Shown here in pieces: positions 57,988-64,000 of a stretch of 64,000 nt of DNA (position 1 is the stretch's first letter; every line of letters begins with the position of its first letter). The DNA is from Candidatus Geocrenenecus huangii. GTDB taxonomy: Archaea; Thermoproteota; Nitrososphaeria_A; Caldarchaeales; Wolframiiraptoraceae. The notes beneath the pieces were generated by a model. It worked only from the letters and a program-made list of their open reading frames with translations, was not told the DNA's origin and made no database searches. The stretch lies in contig JALNLM010000001.1 in NCBI GenBank assembly GCA_023254095.1, positions 141,560-205,559 of the forward strand, read 5' to 3'. The position numbers and the translations under genes are program-made.

Positions 57988-59943
57988 TTAACCGAATATC
58001 TTCTGCCCCGTCTCCTTACATGGCTTATAGTATGGAATTCTTTTAATCTTTTCATGGAGGGACTGGCTTCTCAGCGTCTCTAGAAATTTCTTTACGCTTT
58101 CTTTCTCCAACCTATCTTTCCTGACTACGAAGTCGAAGTACTCTTCTGTGAGGGGGATGAAGTCCAGTCCATAGATTTCTGCGACATATCCAACTGCTAC
58201 TCCAACATCTGCTCTTCCCTGTGCTACTGCAGCCGCCACCGCAGTATGCGTCTTCACTTCATAAGAATAACCTCTTATTTTCTTCTCAGGTTCTTTTATC
58301 TCGAGTTCTTTCAACATAATGTCTATAAAGGTTCTAACACCAGATCCCTTAACTCTATTAACAAAGATTACATCATCTCTCAAAAGGTCTACTAGGTTCT
58401 TGATATTCTTCGGGTTATCTTTCCGTATAACGAGACCTATTGTTCTAACGTATCCTCGATAGATCTCTACTTCTTTCTCTAGATCCATCTTCCGAGGCAT
58501 GTGGACATTGTATTGACGTGTCTCAGGATCTAGGAGATGAGTCCCGGCGATGTCTGCTTCACCCCTCTTTACTGCTCTCCATCCTAAGAATGAGCCTACG
58601 TTAACTTGCTTGGCATCCCATAATCTCGCTTCATCCAGTAGGATGTTGAGGGCGGGACAGTTACTTCCAACTATGGATAGACTCGATATTATTAATGGCT
58701 GAAATAGTCTTACTTCGACTTCTTCATACTCAGATAGATACTGTTTTTCTTCATCGACCTCTATGAATCCATCAGCTATAGATAATGCTGTAGCCGCACC
58801 TGAATCCACAGTCAGCGGATAAGCTATTAAACCATCTGTCGAGGTTAATAGTTGGACTGGGATGAGATGCTTCTTGCCTTTACCCGTCTCGATTCTCATA
58901 GGCATCCTCGCTTTGACGGTGTTTTCTTCCTGTGAAGCTTCAGCACCCATCATCTTCATGAGGATCGGTCTAGCCAGAGCCATAAACACCATCATAGCTG
59001 AGAGTGGAAATCCAGGCAAACCGATTAACAGCTTTCCATCTCCGGTAGCGCCGATAACGGTTGGTTTGCCTGGTCTGATCTTTAATCCATGAATTAGTAC
59101 TCCCCCCAATTCTTCAAATACTCTGTAGACTATGTCTCCGAATCCAGCCGACGTACTTCCAGACGTTATTATGACGTCATATTTCTCTAGTACTTCTTCG
59201 ATAGACTTCTTGATAATTGCATAGTTGTCGGGTAGGATGCCGTGGAAATCAACCCTCACACCAAGATCCTTGAGCATCGCTGAGATAGCATGGCTATTAA
59301 CGTCATAGATTTTCCCTCCACTGAGTTTCTCCAAAACTGGGGTCAACTCGCTACCTGTTGAGAATAAAGCTATACTAGGCATGGCGTAAACTTTAACTTC
59401 ACTGCATCCTACAGCTGCAAGAGCACCTAATTCTCTTGGACCTATCCTTCTCCCCTTTCTCAGGATCAAGTCTCCGAGAGAAGCATCTGAACCTGTCTGA
59501 GCAATATTTTCTCCTGGAGATACAGACTTATAGATGAGCACTAAGTCGCCCTCTACCTTCGTATACTCTACCATTACGACGGCGTTTGCTCCACGAGGTA
59601 AAGGCGCACCGGTGGATATCTCCACACATGTCCCACCCGACACCTCTATGTTTGGAACCTCTCCAACTTCTACTTTACCTACTAGGTTTAGTTTAACAGG
59701 GTTTGCTTCATCAGCATTATAAGTGTCTTCGGCTAAGACCGCATACCCGTCGACCGTGCTTCTATCAAATGGTGGAGAATCAACATGTGCGTAAACATCT
59801 TCTGCGAGTATCCTTCCATAAGCATTACTAAGTGGAACCTCTTCAACGCCTAGAGGCTTGATTCCTCCTAGTTTTTCATCGATTATTCTAAGCGCTTCCT
59901 CAAGTGATACAAGTTTATGGAACACTAGCGCCATCTTATCCAT
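57988..59943 (-). CDS. moeA: MoeA fused to a C-terminal periplasmic-binding-protein-like domain
   Basis: PPFDRSTVDGYA, TGAPLP, SGSTSAG, PGKP and LPGFP; PBP domain with AGTHL and NRVKGSG. Confidence 0.92.
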   Translation of the reverse strand: MDKMALVFHKLVSLEEALRIIDEKLGGIKPLGVEEVPLSNAYGRILAEDVYAHVDSPPFDRSTVDGYAVLAEDTYNADEANPVKLNLVGKVEVGEVPNIEVSGGTCVEISTGAPLPRGANAVVMVEYTKVEGDLVLIYKSVSPGENIAQTGSDASLGDLILRKGRRIGPRELGALAAVGCSEVKVYAMPSIALFSTGSELTPVLEKLSGGKIYDVNSHAISAMLKDLGVRVDFHGILPDNYAIIKKSIEEVLEKYDVIITSGSTSAGFGDIVYRVFEELGGVLIHGLKIRPGKPTVIGATGDGKLLIGLPGFPLSAMMVFMALARPILMKMMGAEASQEENTVKARMPMRIETGKGKKHLIPVQLLTSTDGLIAYPLTVDSGAATALSIADGFIEVDEEKQYLSEYEEVEVRLFQPLIISSLSIVGSNCPALNILLDEARLWDAKQVNVGSFLGWRAVKRGEADIAGTHLLDPETRQYNVHMPRKMDLEKEVEIYRGYVRTIGLVIRKDNPKNIKNLVDLLRDDVIFVNRVKGSGVRTFIDIMLKELEIKEPEKKIRGYSYEVKTHTAVAAAVAQGRADVGVAVGYVAEIYGLDFIPLTEEYFDFVVRKDRLEKESVKKFLETLRSQSLHEKIKRIPYYKPCKETGQKIFG

Positions 59944-59992
59944 GACAAAAATTCATAGAAGAAAGTAATATGCTTATACCTGAAAGACTATA

Positions 59993-61267
59993 TCATGCCA
60001 TGAGGCTCTCAGCAACTGGGTCGAATAGTTCTACTTCTACTTCGTCTCCCTCCTCATATCCTTCCATGTTTTCCGGTATCACTAGTATCCCGTTAGCTTC
60101 AGTTAATGTAGAGATTAAGCCGGACCCCGTCAATCTTAACGGTTCAACGAGATATACGTCTTCATGTTTCGATACCTTTACTCTAAGATAGCTTCTCATA
60201 CCTGTAAGTGATGCCACCCTTCTCGTAAGTCTCCCGATTATTTTAGGGGCTGGTTCATCAACAGTCCTCTGCAATACGTTGATAGTAGGTTTGACAAATA
60301 GGTTGAAGCCTATTAGAGCTGCTACTGGAAAGCCTGAAAGCATGAATACAGGTTTTCCTTCAACTAGCCCGAAGCCTGTAGGTTTACCGGGTCTCATAGC
60401 TATCCCATGAACTAATACTTCTCCAAGCCTGCTGACGGCGGCAGGTACTAAGTCTCTTTTACCTATACTTGTTCCACCTGTAGTTATTAATGCATCGCAA
60501 ATCTTTAATCCATTTTTTATCTTCTCTAGTATCAGCTTCATTTCATCTTCGACGATCCCCAGGTCTACAGGTTCTCCTCCACATGAATATACCAGTGCTT
60601 TAATCAAGGCCTTTGTGCTATTCACTATCTTCGAAATCTTGAGTTCTGAGCCGAGCTCAACTAGCTCGCTACCTGTAGAGAGTATTCCTATCTTGGGCTT
60701 CGAGAAAACTTTTACATGGGTAATGTTGAAAGATGCTAGAGCGCCGATATGCCAAGGCTTAATCTTCGTACCTTTTCTCACTACTAATTTTCCAGCCTGG
60801 AAGTCTTCTCCTCTCCTAGATATGTTCTGGAAAGGATGAACCTGTTTGTACACTTCTAACAATCCAGGTTCAACTTCTTTTGCATCTTCAGCCATTACAA
60901 CAGCATTGGCGTTAAGAGGCAACGGTGCGCCAGTCATAACTTCTACCGCTTCGCCTCTATTAATCTCGAGTTTACCTACCTCGTCTCCAGGCATCAACGA
61001 CCCTACTATCTTGAACTGGATAGGATTTGATGGAGACGCACTGAAAGTATCTTCAGCGATTAATGCGTAGCCGTCCACGGCACTTCTGTCAAATGACGGT
61101 ATATCAAATCGTGCATAGATATTTTCTCCACAGATTCTACCGAGCGACTCCGTTAACGGGACATCTACAACATCTTTCTCCTCCAGCTTCTCCAATATCC
61201 CTCTCAATATTTGGAGAGCCTTATCGACACTAGTTAATGTCTTAAATCCTTCCATCTCCTTCCTCAT
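59993..61267 (-). CDS. moeA: Molybdopterin molybdenum/tungsten transferase MoeA
   Basis: FDRSAVDGYA, TGAPLP, TGGTS.G..D and MRPGKP. Confidence 0.93.
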   Translation of the reverse strand: MRKEMEGFKTLTSVDKALQILRGILEKLEEKDVVDVPLTESLGRICGENIYARFDIPSFDRSAVDGYALIAEDTFSASPSNPIQFKIVGSLMPGDEVGKLEINRGEAVEVMTGAPLPLNANAVVMAEDAKEVEPGLLEVYKQVHPFQNISRRGEDFQAGKLVVRKGTKIKPWHIGALASFNITHVKVFSKPKIGILSTGSELVELGSELKISKIVNSTKALIKALVYSCGGEPVDLGIVEDEMKLILEKIKNGLKICDALITTGGTSIGKRDLVPAAVSRLGEVLVHGIAMRPGKPTGFGLVEGKPVFMLSGFPVAALIGFNLFVKPTINVLQRTVDEPAPKIIGRLTRRVASLTGMRSYLRVKVSKHEDVYLVEPLRLTGSGLISTLTEANGILVIPENMEGYEEGDEVEVELFDPVAESLMA

Positions 61268-61390
61268 TTCTTCCCTCTAAGCTAGACTTTGAATACCACA
61301 TGTTAAATCTTTTCACTATAAACGATTAACTCATCCTGATAAAGCATAATATTGATAATGTAGTTCTTCATATATGTTGGGGAGAGATAG

Positions 61391-61915
61391 TTGAGAAGAA
61401 TTAATCTTATAGTTACGACGTTCAGAGGTCAGGAGATAGTCGCGGTCTCGGAGCTAAAAGATCTCTTACGATACCTAGGGGATGTGGAGCCAGAAGTCGA
61501 GATGACCAAGATCTCAGGTCTTATAACAGCTTCAACAAGCTTAGACCCATTCTACGTTATAGAGAAAGCTAGAGAAATAATATCAAATGAGCCTTGGAGG
61601 ATTAGTACCCTACTAAGATTCATCCCTATAGAGGAGGTTACCTCTACCAGGATTGAAGATATAAAGGAAGTAGCCGCACGACTATCCGCGAAGATACCTG
61701 AAGAGTCATCATTCAGAATAACTGTTGAGAAGAGACATACATCTCTTTCGAGTCAGGACATCATAAAAGCTGTAGCGGAGAAAATCAACAGAAGAGTAAA
61801 CCTCAAGAACCCAGATTACATTGTCTTGATAGAGATCTTGGGAGGAGTGACTGGGATATCTGTGATTAGGCCCGACCAGATAGTGAGCTCGATGAAGCAG
61901 GGAAGACAAGAATAA
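61391..61915 (+). CDS. Stand-alone THUMP domain RNA-binding protein
   Basis: LRFIPIE, SFRITVEKR and RVNLKNPD...IEILG..GIS. Confidence 0.85.
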   Translation: MRRINLIVTTFRGQEIVAVSELKDLLRYLGDVEPEVEMTKISGLITASTSLDPFYVIEKAREIISNEPWRISTLLRFIPIEEVTSTRIEDIKEVAARLSAKIPEESSFRITVEKRHTSLSSQDIIKAVAEKINRRVNLKNPDYIVLIEILGGVTGISVIRPDQIVSSMKQGRQE

Positions 61916-62183
61916 GCTAGCTAAACACTATACTCTAGTGGCCAGAATGGAGCCTAACCATCATCAACTCATGTGGGTGAAGAATGCGGTTCAACCATCT
62001 TCAGTGATACCGCAATAACTTCTCAGACAACTTTCCTGTATTACTCACATTAAGGTTCTCTTTCTGAATGGCCACTCATAACCAGCAGATATTCGACGAT
62101 GCTTGAAAAAGAAGATTCTAAGCAATTCAACTTAGAAATTTTTAGCTGGGATACTTCTATATATCTGGGTCGCCAAATGTATC

Positions 62184-62678
62184 TTGATGATAGAAGAATT
62201 TAGAAGAAGGCTCTCGGAAGCGAAAACGTTTGGAGAAATATTCGAACTGGTAAAGAAGGCGGTGAAGAAGACTATCGGGCTTCACAGAGCTGGTCTAGAA
62301 CTAGTCTTAATGGATCTACCGAATAATATAGGAGCGGCGCATGAGGTTGGAAGCAACATGATAATAATGAATGAAACTCTACTAGAAGCATTCCTGCAGG
62401 TGGCCAGAAACAAGGTTGAAGTAAACTCGTATGTCTTCGTCATTCTCCTTCATGAATACCTACACAGTCTAGGATATATCGATGAAGAAGAAGTACGATA
62501 TATCGTTAAGAGAATAGTTGCGGACGTAATAGGCGAAGACCATGTAACGTATCACCTCGCGACAAATTCATTATTCGACCTATATCCTGAGCTACAGATG
62601 ATAGGGCCTGGAGGAATAGGTAGAGATACGAAGATTGTTAGAGACTTCGATAGGGAGAGCACACATTACATAGGATAG
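62184..62678 (+). CDS. Conserved archaeal hypothetical protein with a zincin-like HEXXH motif
   Basis: IFELVK..V, RAGL.L.L.DLP..IGA.H and LLHEYLHSLG..DE..VR. Confidence 0.75.
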   Translation: MMIEEFRRRLSEAKTFGEIFELVKKAVKKTIGLHRAGLELVLMDLPNNIGAAHEVGSNMIIMNETLLEAFLQVARNKVEVNSYVFVILLHEYLHSLGYIDEEEVRYIVKRIVADVIGEDHVTYHLATNSLFDLYPELQMIGPGGIGRDTKIVRDFDRESTHYIG

Positions 62679-62706
62679 ACTAGTTTATCGAGTTCTACCA
62701 GAACCC

Positions 62707-63666
62707 TTAAAGTTTTCTGTTTGCTTTTTTCTCAACATATTTCCTAGCTATTTTCAATGCCTTTTCTACTACTTTTATCGAATCTTCTGCGAAAACATAA
62801 GTGATGGGTTCCAGCCCATATCCTCCTCTATCGAATACTACGTCTAGGAAGGGATCTTTCTCGAACTCTTCAGATATGGATTCGATAACTAGGTCTTCCA
62901 TATTCCTGCCCTCGACGACTTTCTTGCTCGTCTCCGAATATCTGAGCCCTAGGGAGCCTACTGCTTCTTGGACGAATTCATCAAACTTTAGATTGATAGC
63001 CGAATTCACGTTAGGAGCGTTCTTCTTGGCAGCCAACAATACTCTTGCTAAATGTTTAGAGCCTCCGAATTCAGGCCTACTGACCGCCTTAGGCCTATCA
63101 CGGATTACTACTATCCTTCCAGGAATACCTGCGACGTCTTCTAATGTCTTAGCATTCTTGATAGATTCAACTATGTTTACGGCTACCTGAGGCATTACGT
63201 TTACGAAGTATCTAGCTTCTTCGATCATACTGACGGCTTTCTCTAATTTAGCCAGTAACTGAGCTCTATCAACATCATTAATATCCAGCTTCTTATGTAA
63301 ACAGATCTCGCATGTAGAAAGCTGTGGGTACATCCTCCTATGATAGTCGCAGAAGACCCCTCTAGATAATGAGTCCATCCAAAACGCGTAGAGGGTTAGA
63401 GTAGCTCTGATTGGATCGTGAGGGAGATCTTTAGTAATCAGCTTAACTAGAGAACCGATCTCTTCTATTGTTAAACCCATATCTAGAAGAGACTTAACAT
63501 ATGTATTCTTGGGTTTTGAAAGCATCTGGCTTACAGCAGATTGAGAAAGACTTAGAAAAAATGAAATCCTTAATTGACTATAACCTCTCGAGTAAAGTTC
63601 GTAAACAACCAATCCTCTGACAGCAGGCAGGAAGCTCTTAGCCATCATCTCGCATGGAGGCATCAC
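62707..63666 (-). CDS. thiR: ThiR-type regulator (HTH plus ThiN domain)
   Basis: N-terminal PCE..LPAVR HTH with CDYH..CEIC; ThiN domain with PQVAVN, PGRI, PEFGGSKHLA and GLEPITY. Confidence 0.82.
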   Translation of the reverse strand: MMPPCEMMAKSFLPAVRGLVVYELYSRGYSQLRISFFLSLSQSAVSQMLSKPKNTYVKSLLDMGLTIEEIGSLVKLITKDLPHDPIRATLTLYAFWMDSLSRGVFCDYHRRMYPQLSTCEICLHKKLDINDVDRAQLLAKLEKAVSMIEEARYFVNVMPQVAVNIVESIKNAKTLEDVAGIPGRIVVIRDRPKAVSRPEFGGSKHLARVLLAAKKNAPNVNSAINLKFDEFVQEAVGSLGLRYSETSKKVVEGRNMEDLVIESISEEFEKDPFLDVVFDRGGYGLEPITYVFAEDSIKVVEKALKIARKYVEKKANRKL

Positions 63667-63899
63667 CCAAAATCACCACCAATCAATACAGCTCTCTAAT
63701 ATCTAAAATTATTCATCTACACAACATCATTACATGGGAGCCAAATCATCTAGTAGAGTATAGGCTGAGTCTACACACCCGCATACATACTCCAATCTCC
63801 TTCAACGTTACTAGCAATTAATTGATGATTCAAGGGTTATAGGGTTAAATACCGGGTACCTGGTAAAGGTTAGGTAGTGTAGAGGAGGTTCTCTTCGAG

Positions 63900-64000
63900 G
63901 TGAAGCATAAGCCGCCCAAAGAAAGAAAGTTTGGTAAAGGCGTAGTAAAATGTAGACGATGTGGAACGACAGTGGGGGTTATACGCAAGTATAAACTCTA
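63900..64000 (+). CDS. rps14: 30S ribosomal protein S14 (uS14, Zn type), partial
   Basis: From GTG 63900: MKHKPPKERKFGKGVVKCRRCGTTVGVIRKYKL..., with GAGGAGG upstream. Confidence 0.92.
   Translation, partial: MKHKPPKERKFGKGVVKCRRCGTTVGVIRKYKL

Noticed and set aside
62000-62055. Possible C/D sRNA on the minus strand (two CTGA boxes)
   Set aside because: C and C' boxes are too degenerate and no target is recognisable.
626-63190. Numerous antisense or shadow ORFs in the track (e.g. 998-1693, 7824-8528, 43075-43608, 55388-56047)
   Set aside because: They lie opposite well-supported genes, have the Ser/Phe/Leu-rich composition expected of antisense frames, and show no motifs.
1-64000. CRISPR arrays, tRNA/rRNA genes, provirus, selenocysteine or pyrrolysine recoding
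   Set aside because: By eye I saw no regularly spaced repeats, cloverleafs, integrase or capsid genes, or interrupted redox ORFs. A computational scan would be needed to exclude them fully.

Overview
Chromosomal segment of a thermophilic TACK-type archaeon. Class I LysRS, a crenarchaeal-type SSB, L13e, a non-catalytic tRNA-endonuclease subunit and scattered ribosomal protein genes fit Aigarchaeota/Caldarchaeales-like lineages; this taxonomy is inferred, not proven. Housekeeping genes include ileS, lysS, rpl22-rps3-rpl29, rps11, rpl13e, rps14, glyA, hjc, ssb, nre, ogg and dtdA. There is an oxygen-defence block (archaeal CydAA' bd oxidase, peroxiredoxin, LrpA-type regulator, with SOD further away). 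Mo/W pterin-enzyme content is rich: two xanthine-dehydrogenase-family enzymes with MocA and XdhC, two AORs, two MoeA, SAMP, UbaA and an SMS-type SufCB. Elements missing from the ORF track that I found by reading the DNA: a complete IS6 element with 17-bp TIRs, an 8-bp TSD and a frameshifted transposase; an IS5 transposase relic; a double-guide C/D box sRNA predicted to methylate 23S G2251 and G2509; a GTTCG-N5-CGAAC operator shared by lrpA and cydAA'; a 45-aa coiled-coil gene; and an in-frame relic of a second ABC-ATPase C-terminus behind the sufC stop. The best candidates for an undescribed system are (i) a five-gene YdjG/YdjI(SPFH)-like membrane operon without PspA, (ii) a secreted protein predicted to be a disulfide-stapled ~20-nm coiled-coil hairpin paired with a membrane-anchored HTH regulator, and (iii) a coiled-coil/Zn-finger plus winged-helix pair between ssb and hjc. 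No tRNA, rRNA or CRISPR array was seen.
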